Source: Octopus vulgaris
Lineage: Eukaryota
Assembly: GCA_951406725.2 (NCBI GenBank)
Contig: OX597826.1
Coordinates: 51,274,001-51,338,000 of the forward strand
Length of the DNA stretch: 64,000 bases
Reading direction: 5' to 3'
Shown: positions 1 through 13,134 of the stretch, piece by piece
How the letters are laid out: each line of letters starts with the position of its first letter
How positions within the stretch are numbered: the stretch's first letter is position 1
Program-made: the position numbers and the translations under genes
Notes under the pieces: model-generated
What the model saw: only the letters and a program-made list of their open reading frames with translations
The model's database searches: none
Told to the model about the DNA's origin: nothing

Positions 1-884
1 TCCGTATGTTTATGGATATTAATTCTCCAAACCTAGTTAATTTTGCTTTTGGCATTTTCACAAATCCTGTGAGGATAGAGAAATTTATTCTTGCATTAAA
101 ACCCCGTCAGCAAAATCATAACAACCGGTTTGCTAGCGACGATATTGACATTATTAATGGTATTCATATTAACACTGGATAGTGCGGCGGCAGCGGCGGT
201 GGTGGCTGTACTGATACTATTGGTAATGTTGTTACTATTCATTTTTGTATTTCTCATCTTCAATGTTGTTGTTGCTGTTATTCAGTGTAACAGGGCTATA
301 GTGGTGGTGTCATTGTCATCATTAATTTCATTTTCGTTGCCATTACCGTTGTTGTTGTTGTTTCTCTCGGCGTTGGTGGTAGTGATATTTTGGGTGAAAA
401 TGGAGATTGCTGTACCCTTGGGTATTCTGTCAAAAATTTCGACATCATGTTTTGATTTCTTTTTTTTAAATGGGCAAGTTCCAGTACAAATTAGTAACTT
501 TCGTTTCGAAGAGTGAAACCAAAATAACTGACCAGTTCCTTAGGATCCCGGTCAGTTTAGCAACAATAAATAAGTAAAGTTTCAAAACAGACTTTTAAAA
601 TAATGTTGAAACAATCGAAACTTATGAGTGATTGAAAGGAAGTGTATTGACAATATAAAATCACTAATAACAACATCACCACCAACAGCAGCAATAATGA
701 CAATAATAATTCTTTCTAATTTTGACAGAAGGCAAACAATTTTAAGGATAGGGGGTAAGTCGATTGAATTGATCCTACAACTTTCTTGGTGCTTTATTTT
801 ATTGACCAAGAAAGGATGAAAGAAAAGATTGACCCACTGGAATCTAAACTCATAATCTAAAGTGTGACAAGGTATAGGCAAAAA

Positions 885-1750
885 CTGATAAAGCTCAACC
901 AGAAAGGAAATACAAAATCGGTGGAAAAGGAGACGAAAGTATTAAGCAGATAGCACAAAAAGAATAAAGTATGTACGACTGTGTCGGTAAAAGAGTGATT
1001 TGAGATGTTAGCTGAGTGTGTGGATTCAAAATGACAGGAAAGTGGAGCGAACTTGATTCAGAGGCTGTGGTGGTGAATAACAGTTACAAGATGTTATGGG
1101 ATTTTCTTAAAAAAGTTTCATATTGTTGAAGCAAGGGGGTCAGATATGAATATAGAGGACAAAAATACAAAAAATGAACAGTGTAAGGGTATTGACATTG
1201 TAATGTCGTATGATAGGGAGAGGGGAAGCCGAATAAATTTAGAAAACTGAGAAATATCAGGGCTTAATCTCAGAGATGAAATGACTGTGGACGGCAAAGG
1301 TGGTATTTGTTCCTATGGTAATTGGTGCACTTGGCATAACATCAAAGCTGCTACCTAAGATACTGATGGATACTAGAACTGAAAAATGTTTAATCGATCT
1401 TCAGAAAAGTGCCATTTTGTATTGTGCAATAAAGACGGCGAGCTGGCAGAACGTTCGCACGCCGGGCGAAATGCTTAGCGGTATTTCGTCTGTCTTTACG
1501 TTCTGAGTTCAAATTCCGCTGAGGTCGACTTTGCCTTTCATCCTTTCGGGGTCGATAAATTAAGTAACAGTTACGTACTGGAGTCGATGTAATCGACTGA
1601 ACTCCTCTATCAAAATTTCGGGCTTTGTGTCTAGAGTAGAAAAGATTCTTTATTGTGCAATAATCTCAAGAAAGATTCATGAGATTTGAGAAGATTTCAG
1701 ATTTGTAGTTATCAAACCTCAAAACAACATTCCAGCTAAATAAAGCATCA
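885..1750 (+). mobile_element. Degenerate 3' end of an R4/Dong-like non-LTR retrotransposon (restriction-like endonuclease region), interrupted by a SINE
   Basis: Broken translation gives ...KWSELDSEAVVVNNSYKMLWDF...KYQ.L..EMK*LW..KVVFVPMVIGALG...LQKSAILYCAI, matching the R4/Dong C-terminal pattern (KILWDF, VPVVIGALG, LQK.A.L). Followed by (TGA)n(TAA)n. Confidence 0.75.
1433..1650 (+). mobile_element. tRNA-derived SINE family B (resembles octopus OR-type/CORE-like SINEs) with 13-bp TSD
   Basis: Head GGCGAGCTGGCAGAA...GAGTTCAAATTCC (A and B boxes), body GCCTTTCATCCTTTCGGGGTCGATAAA. TATTGTGCAATAA flanks it at 1420-1432 and 1651-1663. Confidence 0.9.
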
Positions 1751-1767
1751 TGCAATAGCTATCGTAT

Positions 1768-1777
1768 AATGATGATG

Positions 1778-1809
<32 letters not shown>

Positions 1810-1828
1810 GATGATAATAATAATAATG

Positions 1829-1860
<32 letters not shown>
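1768..1860. repeat. (TGA)n(TAA)n microsatellite between two R4/Dong fragments
   Basis: Read directly. Confidence 0.95.
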
Positions 1861-1861
1861 T

Positions 1862-2203
1862 TAAGAAACAATGTGAAGAAGAAAGAATAAACAATTGGGA
1901 AATGAAATCACTGCATGGACAATACCTCAGAGAAATCGAAGAAAAAGACATGACTAGCGCTTGGAGATGGCTAAAAAATGTGATTTTAAAGAATGCACTG
2001 AGGCATTAATGTACAGCGCTCAGGAACAAACTCTGAGAACTAATTATATCAAGTTCCAAATAGATGAGAGGAGTGAATCACCCCTTTGTAGCATGTGTGG
2101 TAGCAAAAAGAAACAATCTCACAGATTGTGAGCGAATGTAGCAAGGTCGCTCAAAAGCACTACAAAAGGAGGCACGATAACGTGGCCAAGTTCGTCCACT
2201 GGA
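1862..2203 (+). mobile_element. R4/Dong-like LINE fragment (post-RT region, zinc knuckle and RHD motif), frameshifted
   Basis: Translates to WEMKSLHGQY...AWRWLK...TEALMYSAQEQTLRTNY...PLCSMCGSK.ETISQIVSECSKVAQKHYKRRHDNVAKFVHW. Starts immediately after (TAA)n. Confidence 0.9.
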
Positions 2204-2764
2204 TTTTGAGATTGGTACTTGGGTGTTGTATGTCTCTCACGAAAAATTAACAACCGAGTATGAAAGCTTATAATGTGCGGAAAGACATCCAGTGAGACCT
2301 CTCTGACAGCAGGTTGCTCTCCGTTCTCACAGAAGCTACTAGAACAAACAAGACCGAACGTTCTAAGAAGTAAAACAATGATAATAGATGATAACAATTG
2401 CTCTGATGAGTTCAAAGTTTTTATGGATGGTAGTTCTTTTCAGAAAAAAGTAAAGAACAAAAACTATCGAAAGATTTGTCCAGCCTCCAGTGGACACACC
2501 GGAGTCTATGAACTATTTTCTACGAAAGGGTATCTACTCGAGCAGTGAATACCACATAAATCTATGTTGATAGCTCTTAATCGTACAACAGACACAATAA
2601 AAGAAAAAAAAAAAGATCACAATGCTGCGCATGGAAACACGTTAAATCTAAAGAGATTAAGTTATGTTTCAAATATAAATAATATAGACATCAACAGAAT
2701 ATGAAAATAAATATAAACAAATATGATGTATAAAGAAAGAATATTTCCCTCCACTACACCCCCC

Positions 2765-3157
2765 TTTTACTTGTTTCAGTCATTTGACTGCGGCCATGCT
2801 GGAGCACCGCCTTTAGTCGAGCAAATCGACCCCGGGACTTATTCTTTGTAAGCCTAGTACTTATTCTGTCGGTCTCTTTTGCCGAACCGCTAAGTTATGG
2901 GGACGTAAACACACCAGCATCGGTTGTCAGGTAATGCTAGGGGGACAAACACAGACACACAAACACATACACACACATACATATACATATATACGACAGG
3001 CTTCTTTCAGTTTCCGTCTACCAAATCCACTCACAAGGCATTGGTCGGCCCGGGGCTATAGCAGAAGACACTTGCCCAAGATGCCACGCAGTGGGACTGA
3101 ACCCGGAACCATGTGGTTGGTAAGCAAGCTACTTACCACATAGCCACTCCTGCGCCT
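2765..3157 (-). mobile_element. tRNA-derived SINE family A, full length, with 52-bp TSD
   Basis: Reverse complement: GGCGCAGGAGTGGCTATGTGGTAAG...GGTTCAGTCCC head, internal TA/TG microsatellite, RTE-like tail. Flanking repeat at 2711-2762 and 3158-3209. Confidence 0.92.
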
Positions 3158-4642
3158 ATATAAACAAATATGATGTATAAAGAAAGCATATTTCCCTCCA
3201 CTACACCCCTGCTATAGTTTCGTACAAAACCAATTAGCTACACTATGTATTGTAAATTATATTACTTCTGTAAGTCATTGCATCCTTTAATTGTTGCAAA
3301 AAGCGAAAGAAATTACGCAAAATTGTTAGACAATATTTTTTATGGATAATTCCTTAAGTCATTTGAAGACATAGTACAAGGTATAGTATATGTGATGCAC
3401 ATGAACATTCTGTTTCAATGAACAGCAGTCTGTTTTCTATGAAGAATACAAAACGAATAAACACAGATACACGCTAACACACGTACACAGAAATAGAGAC
3501 ACGCGAACACTCACACCCAGACACGTACGCATGCATGCACACGTACAACACATGAATTAAATATAAATAGAATCATACTATTCCCATACATATTCCGACA
3601 CGAATTTATAGCAGTATACAAACGTAAGTCTACTGGATTAATACACAACATTGAAGATATCTGCATTTTCTTTTTATCTTCAATAGCATCTCCACTATTG
3701 CGACTGATACTGAAAATGGCGCAGAAAGAATACTAATTTTAATACAGAAGAGTTATTGCTGTTTTTGTTTCATTGAAAGAGCAAGTGTGTCTGCTTATTT
3801 TTAAAGACAATAGCATGGAGAGGTAATTGTAAGTGCTCCTTGTAAGATACTTAAGTGTACTGAAATCAATAAATATTCATTGATAAAATAATAGAAACAG
3901 CAATTTGAAGCGACCAACTAATGTCTACTCTATATTTAAGCATTAAATGATAAAGGACACAGTTTCGTTGAGTTGTATTTAATTCTCTTTGAATAACTGT
4001 GAAGTAGATGTTTGTAGGAGAGTAAAACAGTCGAACGAGTCATGATCAATGTATTACTGGTACTAGTTGACAACACAGAGAAAGAAAAGACAATTAACCA
4101 AGGAGAGAAACCTCTACAGGGTCAATGAACCTGAATAAAGTGGCATCTTATTGATTTTCTAAAATAAGAACACATTACATTTTGTAGTTCCTGACAAAAT
4201 TATGAGATACACAGAGCTAAAGTTTGAACTTATGTCTACTGAAGTATGGTGAATCTGGGGGCTGATAACAACTGCAACAACAACAACAAGAAATATTGAT
4301 TCCTTTGATTAAGTAGATACTACTAATTACGGGTGCGAGTGGGCTTCCACCCTTACAATCGTTACGCACCCACAAACACTAGTTTCAAAGATAACAGATG
4401 CTCCCTGTATTATTGTGTATATAACACAATCTCACCGAGACGTTTCAAGTGTTCGTAACTCTATGGACCATTAATAAATGATTTGGGAAAACTTGTACAA
4501 GGAGACTAAACAAAATATTAGATATGAAGATATTGGAATTTCGGAATCCGAACCTTCAGGCATAAACTGATATTCACTTGAAGTAGATCAATTCTATATT
4601 TGAATATGTGGATCTAAATATCTAGGTATTTATTGCGTATAC

Positions 4643-4695
<53 letters not shown>

Positions 4696-5119
4696 TACAC
4701 ACACACATAACGGTCTTTATTCTTATATATGTGTGCTTGTATAAATGTGTACGCACGTACCACTGCATGTTCACAGACTTGTACAGTGAGCTTAGGAAGA
4801 ATTAAACATAACTTGTATCCGTATATATGTCGGTAAGATTTGCAGATAGTATCGAGCTAGCTGGTCAAATCTATCTCCCGGTTTAACACTACCACCGGCA
4901 ATTTGCATGCCTTTAGAAGAATCTATCTTGTTGCAAGCATCGGCCTAGTTTTCCGGTTTCCAACTGCTACCAGTCTCGGAGGCTCAATAACAGGCCAAAA
5001 ACATTGCTTTTACTTGTGCTTAAAATTTTAAATTCATCATTATACTATGGGCAGTGGTCTTTTAAGAAAGTTTACATATTTTTATAGAGATATTTTTATA
5101 GTTTAACACTCAGAATTGG

Positions 5120-5388
5120 TACATACATGCATACATACATACATACATACATACATACATACATACATACATACATACATACATACATACATACATACAT
5201 ACATACATACATACATGCATGCATGCATACATACATACATACATAATACATGCATACGTACATACATACATTCATACATACATACATACATACATACATA
5301 CATACATACATACATACATACATACATACATACATACATACATACATACATACGTTGTACGTACATACATACATACATACATACATAC
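5120..5388. repeat. (CATA)n microsatellite
   Basis: Read directly; source of the YVCM/HTYI ORFs. Confidence 0.97.
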
Positions 5389-5617
5389 TTTCCAGGAGAT
5401 TATCATATAGATGTACATGAGCATATCTATATATGCAACTATATGTATGACAATACATACATAAAACAAAAAGTACAAATCTGCATCTATACATACATAC
5501 ATACAAACAAAAAGTACCTTGTTGTTGTTGAAATTCCAACGAAAGAGCCTTGGATCTAGGTTAGAAGCCGGCTCTTTCTCTATTGGCAAGTAATCTTGAA
5601 ACAAAACTGAACAATGA
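5389..5617 (+). mobile_element. 3' UTR fragment of the (CATA)n-associated R4/Dong-like LINE
   Basis: Homologous to the reverse complement of 57923-58100 and to 33648-33723. Contains the stem-loop GAAAGAGCC...GGCTCTTTC. (CATA)n on both sides. Confidence 0.75.
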
Positions 5618-6199
5618 CATACATACATAGATCCATAGATACAACCAGATTTTTATATATATTTTATTGAACCATTACCAATTCATGTCTCTTACTTTCT
5701 TGAAACCTAGAAGGAATGAAAGTCAATACAGGTAAGGTTTGGAATTAGGACGGTTACGACACAACTATTCCTTACATTAACCCAAGGTCACAAATTTGTG
5801 GATGTGGGAAGTTTCTTTCGATTGGAGTTCATAAGTTTCCAACGACACCTAATTCCATGCTTGCTTTGTGTCAATAAATGTATAGGTCTGATTCTAATTT
5901 TATTGACAGAAAGGCTATGAAAGTGCGTTGGCCCATTGAAGATGTTATGTAAAAATCTTGAAGAGATAGCACTAATTACTGAAATACATTTAGTTTGGTA
6001 CACTACAGTTTTAGTAGCATCATTGCCAATGGGGCAGTAGTACCACTGCAGAACTCAGAAGCATGAAATCCAAAAAGTAATTGAGCTCATTTGAAGTCAG
6101 AATGTAAGGTGATGTAGTTAAATACGCATCCTATTTTGTCTGGTGCTGCACCATTTCTGGCATACATTTCCATAGATTTTTATAATAACAATAATTATT

Positions 6200-6355
6200 T
6201 CAAATTTTTGCCACACGGGCAGCTTGGGGAGGTGGGACGACTCAATTACATTGATCCCAGTGTTCAACTGGTACTTATTTTATCGACCTTGAAAGGATGA
6301 AAGGCAAAGTCGACCTCGGTGGAATTAGAACACGGAACGTAGCGGCAAGCGAAAT
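6200..6355 (-). mobile_element. SINE family B fragment
   Basis: GAAAGGATGAAAGGCAAAGTCGACCTCGG core. Confidence 0.8.
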
Positions 6356-7513
6356 AACAGTGACATAATATGGTGCTCTATATTTCTTTAATACTGCACT
6401 TGTATAATGTGTTGTATTAAAGTTCTTCAGCACATGTGAACGTAGTAAAAAGAGGAAATATTCCAACATATTTCTCTTTTGATTAAAGTGTACAGATATT
6501 TTATGAAGAAGGTTAGAAGGAGTGTTGTTTAGCTTCAACACAGACTTGATGTAAATACTGTTTATGTTGAACTTATTTTCATCGCTAGGAGACATTCGTG
6601 GTTGAAGATTAATAACTAATTATGCGAACAGAGTTGGTTGCATGACCTAGCGTGACAGTTATCATTAAGATAGTTAACAATTCATAAAACCATGTTCAAT
6701 TTTATAACATCAAATATACATCATGAATTCAATTTGATCTTTCAATAAACTTTCAGGAAAAAAATTTAGCAGGCAAATATATTTTTGTATAAAGAACTAG
6801 AAATTAGAAATAAATATATTTTATGTTCTGAATTGCCTAGCTTTTGTTTTATTGGTAACTTTTCAATTTTGATTTTCTAGAATATTTACTAAATATATTA
6901 ATGTCAGATATTTTATTGATAAAACAATTAACCTGACCTTTAGAAATGAAACGTATTTTAATATTTACATCTAGTATAGTTGTGTAGGTGTTTAGATCTA
7001 TCAGAAGAAGCAAATATTTAAAAGTACTTTGTCTTTAAACGTGCGATTAATAGTCCACAATAATTTGTTTTTCCTTACATCAATACCATAGAAGGAATGT
7101 GTTTACATTCTCATAGAGTTCCTGATCACAGCCAATGGTTTTGTTATATTCAAATCTATTACAGTACATCTGTTATGCACAAAGTATATATTGTAATATA
7201 ATGACGAGCCATCAAAGTATAAATATGTAAATTAAGCTCTCCACCACTGTACTAGCGTAGTTACCTGCTGCTTATATATAGGAGTTGAATACTCTCTGAA
7301 ATTGATCTGGGAAGGAGATTGGTTATGTCTTCTCTGAGAAATGATCAACAAATTATGAAACGGTTCTTCAGAAAACTCTTCGATTATTTTTCCCACCGTT
7401 TGCACAGAACGAATGCATTTACATTATTGTACAGCCTTTAACAGAGTTAATGCGTTTGTTATTCATACATGTATAAATATATGCATACATTACACGCAAG
7501 TACACACACACAT

Positions 7514-7545
<32 letters not shown>

Positions 7546-7979
7546 GTATGTAGCAGACATACGAACATGGCAATCTCCGTAGATTGAAAAAAGAATGAAC
7601 AACCTTAATCGTTTTCTATTCAGTGGTCTCGATATCATTTGACTAATCTCTAAGAAATAAGCAACCGTTGGTTTATATCAGATGAATGAGAAAGAATGAA
7701 GATACACACTCTTGTATTCGCCATTTTATTAAACAGAAACTGGGAGCCTGTCTCGCGACACCACTGTGACCTTCAAATGAGAGCTGTTACTACTCCGTAT
7801 CGGAAGTGTATTTATATTCTTCGCTGTGTGTTTGTGCAATTAGAGCTATGAAACAAACGAGTGATGAAGAGGCTTGAAGGCACCATCTATTCAATAAACA
7901 CGAAACTAATGAGCAAACACCAGCTTTTGACCATACACCCCTACTTCACAAATACTCTGATCACAAATAAATCTTGCTC

Positions 7980-8010
<31 letters not shown>

Positions 8011-8039
8011 CATACATATATATACACATACATGCATAC

Positions 8040-8077
<38 letters not shown>

Positions 8078-8082
<5 letters not shown>

Positions 8083-8700
8083 TGGACAGGACCACCCGCG
8101 TCAACCTCATTAACAGTGCAGTTCTGCCTGCAATGTTATATGGTAGTGAAATATGGGCTACCACAAAGAGAGAAGAGCAAAGACTGGTAACGGCTCAAAG
8201 AGCCATGGAAAGGTCAATGCTTGGTATCTCGTTGAGAGAGCACATAAGTAGCGAGATCATCAGAAAGAAGTCCGGCGTGAGAGATGTCATCGCAGAGTAT
8301 ACACGCAGCAAGTATAGATGGGCTGGACACGTCGCCCGGCTCACCGATAATCGGTGGACACACGCAGTTGTCGAGTGGTACCCGCGCGAGCGGAAAAGAC
8401 CACCCGGAAGACCTCCACGACGGTGGAGTTACGATTTCAGGAGGACGATGGGGATCACGTGGATGAGAAAGGCGCGATCCAGAGAGGATTGGACAGCGTG
8501 CTGTGACCAGCGGTGTCAAATCGCTTGACAACCGGTGTCGGTTTGCTTACGTACCCGTAACTTTTCGGCACTACAAAAGACACCGATAGTGTAAGTATAA
8601 GGCTGACAAAAAGGTCCTATAATCGATTCTTCAAAGCGGTGCCCTTGCATGGCGGCAGTCTAATAACTGAAATAAGTAACTGAAATAACTGAAATAAAAG
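8078..8700 (+). mobile_element. 5'-truncated RTE-clade LINE: ORF C-terminus (8078-8528) plus 3' UTR ending in (TAACTGAAA) repeats
   Basis: Open frame VLPAMLYGSEIW...QRAMERSMLG...KYRWAGHVAR...RWT...WYPR..KRPPGRPPRRW is the typical RTE C-terminus. Inserted next to (TA)n. Confidence 0.92.
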
Positions 8701-8718
8701 CTAAATGCTAAAACTTAC

Positions 8719-8926
<208 letters not shown>

Positions 8927-9149
8927 TTAAAGTCTGTCTTAGTGTTCAAATTTTCCGCTACTTCAATCTTCAGGCGAGAAAATATAAATGTCTTTTGCAG
9001 TTATGGAAAACTCAGTGGATACAAACATTTGTTTGCTTAAGATATTCTTTTGCTAGGTCTGACAGAAAGCAACTGAAGAAAGGTAATAAACTGAAGCTGT
9101 TCTATCAGGAGAACCAGGTAGTTGTGGAAGAAGTCCCGACTGAACTTTT

Positions 9150-10107
9150 GAATAATATTTTTGCGCAAATTATCGATCTAGAGTTAAGCATTGTTGTGTT
9201 GAAGAAGCCCGATGGTCGGGTCGTTTCAGTCGGTTGTCTTTGTTTGAGTGCATTTGTTGAACTCAATACTCTGTATTAACTGTGTTGTTGTTTTCAAGTA
9301 TTTCGTTGTGGATTAGCCCTCCCCAATGTCACCAAACGCATATCATTGTTTTGCATGGATGATCCTCTGGCTTGGCCTGAGGTGTTGCTTGCCAATCTGG
9401 ACTCAGTCATTGTTTCTTCTGTTTCATATTGACGTAAAGGTAACACTTTTCATCGCCGGTGGCGATGCGGAAAGAAATCACTGCTTGATGTCGAACGAGT
9501 AAATTGGCGGCAATATAAGAGCGCTGATATTCTCTCTTTCGTCCAGAGCGTGTGGCACACATACGCCAACCTTTTGCGACTTAACCACTGAGTGAAGGTG
9601 AGGGATGAGAGTATCATCAGAACATCTTTTCTGCCGGGCTAATTCCCTAGCAAACTAGCGCGTATCTTCGTAGACAAGCTCGTCTAATCGATTCTCATTG
9701 AAATGATCAGGTCGGTCAGAACGTGGTGAGGGTGTGACGTCGAATTTCTCCTCTTTGAAGCGCAAAAACCATTTCTGTGCCGTTATTTCAATAACAGCGC
9801 CTTCTTTGTACACATCATAAATGTCTTGAGCGGCTTTGGAAGGAACATTAACTGAAAGCGAAAAGAAGTTAGTATTGAACATGTTTTTTTTTGTAATTGG
9901 CATGCCATGGCCATATGTCTGAAAAGAGATAACATCTATTGAAATTTTTAAAACGACAAACAAAAGGTGGAAAAGAATAATAGAGCTATAACCTGCTAAA
10001 CCCGTCGAAAGAATTAAACAGCGAGAACAAAACACTACGATAGAAAATGTTTCGTTAATTGAAATCACATTGGAAAGAAATGAATGAATTTATCTGACAG
10101 CCCGATA
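9150..10107 (-). mobile_element. Decayed mariner transposon (transposase pseudogene)
   Basis: KAAQDIYDVYKEGAVIEITAQKWFLRFKEEKFDV..SPRSDRP..FNENRLDELV is a mariner N-terminal HTH. Remnant LQHNNA lies near 9190. A TIR-like TATCGGGCTGTCAGATAAATTC is at the 5' end. The 3' boundary is uncertain. Confidence 0.8.
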
Positions 10108-11979
10108 TATGAAATACTCTTAGGCATGTGATTGAGAATATAGCTATATCTGCTATTTGCAAGCAAATTAAGCCCCAATGACCTTTAAACTTAAACTTTA
10201 AAAAGCGGACCCAGCGTGGTCTTCAATTTTTTCTCTTATAATTGTCGTCTCCAAAATCTAAACACCCTTTTTGTCATAGGTAGAAAATCCAATTCAGTTC
10301 TTCACATATACTATTTAACCATTAGCAAGAGAATTTGAACTGAAAACGTGCAGATAAATGGATGTACTCGCAAGACATATCACCCTACCAATTATGTCAT
10401 CCATTGCCGTCTTCGAAAACCATACACTTTGGGGAAAAGTGTAGTTGATCTAAGTAAGTCCAATACTTAATTTGTACTTATTTTATCAACACCTGAATGA
10501 TGAAAGTGTTTCTGTGGGGTTTGAACTCAGAATATATAAAAAAGGTAATTCAATAGCCCAAAGAATTTTTATTCAGAACCAAATTACAAAGATTATTCCT
10601 TGTATGAAGTTTGGTTATTTAATGAAAAAATCTTTAACGTTGATTTGATATTAGAAACTGCAACGCAATATATTAAAAAGAGGCTATTCAATACTTTATA
10701 CTAGATAGGTTAGCCGTCTTAAATAAAGATAATGCTGGTTACACAAATTCGTATAAATGGGAACAAAATGCTCTGTATTGAAGTTTATAGATGGTCACAT
10801 TCCATTTATAGATGCCAGCTAGCAAAGTATAGAACATTCATTTACAAATGAGATTTTCGTGAAGAGTAACCTTTGAGTTCTTTTTCTTTGTATTTAATCA
10901 CCAATATCAAGTCTTAGATACAGTCACTATTGGATAAAATGAATAAAAGGAACTTGTGTTTCTTTAAGAAACTTTTCATCACAGCCAATCAAATACCAAT
11001 CGCCTTGAAATGTTGCCAATGATGTGGTTAGTGCCAGAGAGCAAATGGTGAGCTTTCAACAAGCAATAATAGAAACTGGGTTTCAATTCCCCGTTCTGGT
11101 TGTCTGCACTCTCATATGTAAAATGATAATGAAGAACAATAGACTTATTCTACAAATTACTGTCTCAATCTCTGATTGTGGCGTTAATTATGACAAAGGC
11201 TATTATCTCTTAACTTTGAAAGCCAAATATTATCACCTAACTACTATTACATAAGTACAATATAATGTTAATAAAACAACGATTTTTTCTACTTGTAATT
11301 AGTTCCCCTAATGAACTATTTTAATATTTATTGCTTAATTGAAGAATTGAGGGCGGCGCGCATAACCTGTTTCAGGAGCTGCATGAGTGGTGGGTGGAGC
11401 ATGATGAGATTTCCAGTCCGAATATTTGAAACAAACTGAATTACGTCTAAGGCACCCTCTGGGTTCCTTAGATAGTTTATATCTGGCGATAGATTAAATC
11501 TGCTTTTTAAAAGTGTTTGATTATACGTAAAAAAAGTCATCGATGGTGTATGGTTAGAAATGGTTAGCAGTTCGTATTATGTTGCCGTCACATAAGTTGT
11601 GTCTTACAAGGAGAGTCAAAAAACTTTAAAATCGGTACCATAGTTAGATACAGATAAATACTGTACTCAGTCAAAGTACATTATAATTGATGAGTGTGCT
11701 GTGGACTTGTTTAGATTAAATATTTTCATTGTGTACGTAAGATTCAGAAGTGGGTGTGTGTCAAAGTTGCCTTATTCCAGATGAACTACAGTATGACAAT
11801 GAGTGTTCTAAGAATACATCTCACGAAACACTCCTATACCTATTACGTTGCTAAGGCCTTCGCACAACAATGCTGCTCAACCATTCACTGCATTTCAAGA
11901 TCTGCCTTCCTTCTGTTTCTTCTAACGAAAATATAAGAAGATTAGTTTATTACAAAAAATTCACTCTGTCTAACACCTT

Positions 11980-12454
11980 TGCAGCATAAAAGCGTCTAGC
12001 TCTTATTTCTAGCAATGTAGGTGTCTGTAACACCCTCTGTCATATTTAACGACGGTTATAGTTCTTGTTGATACACATTGGCTTACTGCTGCCAAAATAA
12101 ATTATTTGTATACACAGTGATTCACTAAATCATCCACAGATTTCTATTACGTAGAAATATATGCTGGGGGTGATTGTCGTCTGGAATCAGCCGAGTCGGG
12201 CCGATCTTACTGAAGAGACTACGGCTAAAGCCGAAACTGACCGATCAGTTTGGGAATATCTCGACCGCTGCTTTTCGGGCGTTTACGGTCCCTGTCAGCT
12301 TGTATGTATACAATTATGTTCTTTGACTGCAGCATTAGAGTGTTTAGCTCTTATTTATAGCAATGTAGGTGTTTGTGACACCCTTAGTTGTATTTAATGA
12401 TGGTTTTAGTACTTGTTGGTACACATTTGCTTACTGCTGCTTAAATAAATTATA
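11980..12454 (+). mobile_element. Hammerhead-containing retrozyme/Penelope pLTR-like unit, family 2 (348-nt period)
   Basis: About 127-bp direct repeat (11980-12106 and 12328-12454) bracketing a hammerhead motif; ends at a TA/TG microsatellite. Confidence 0.7.
12205..12255 (+). ncRNA. Type I hammerhead ribozyme motif
   Basis: TCTTA-CTGAAGA-(gactac)GGC taaa GCC-GAAA-CTGA ccga TCAG-TT-TGGGA. Stems I, II and III can form. The triplet is GUU and there is a 6-nt insertion before stem II. Confidence 0.65.
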
Positions 12455-12499
12455 CATATATATGTGTGTGTGTGTGTGTATGAATATATATATATATAA

Positions 12500-12730
12500 A
12501 GGCGGCGAGCTGGCAGAAACGTTAGCGCCCCGGGTGAAATGCTTAGCGGTATTTCGTCTGACGTTATGTTCTGAGTTCAAATTCCGCCGAGGTAGACTTT
12601 GCCTTTCATCCTTTCGGGGTAGATAAATAAAGCACCAGTTTCGCACTGGGGTCGATGTAATCGACTTAATCCATTTGTCTGTCCTTGTTTGTCCCCTCTA
12701 TATTTAGCCCCTTGTGGGTAGTAAAGAAAT
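12500..12730 (+). mobile_element. SINE family B, full length
   Basis: GGCGGCGAGCTGGCAGAAACG...GGGTAGTAAAGAAATA. Confidence 0.92.
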
Positions 12731-12754
12731 ATATATATATATATTTATATATAC

Positions 12755-13134
12755 AGGCGTAGGAGTGGCTGTGTGGTAAGTAGCTTGCTTACGAACTACA
12801 TGGTTCTGGGTTCAGTCCCACTGCGTGGCACCTTGGGCAAGTGTCTTCTACTATAGCCTTAGGCCGACCAAAGCCTTGTGAGTGGATTTGGTAGACGGAA
12901 ACTGAAAGAAGCCCGTTGTATGTGTATATGTTTGTGTGTCTGTGTTTGTCCCCCCAACATCGCTTGACAACCGATGCTGGTGTGCTTACGTCCCCGTAAC
13001 TTAGCGGTTCGGCAAAAGAGACCGATAGAATAAGTACTAAGCTTACAAAGAATAAGTCTTGGGGTCGATTTGCTCGACTAAAGGCGGTGCTCCAGCATGG
13101 CCACAGTCAAATGAAACAAGTAAAAGAGTAAAAG
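12755..13134 (+). mobile_element. SINE family A, full length
   Basis: tRNA head, body and tail CGCTTGACAACCGATGCTGG...AAACAAGTAAAAGAG. Confidence 0.92.

Noticed and set aside
130-516. Hydrophobic 128-aa ORF
   Set aside because: Built from decayed GTT/GGT trinucleotide sequence; no recognisable domain
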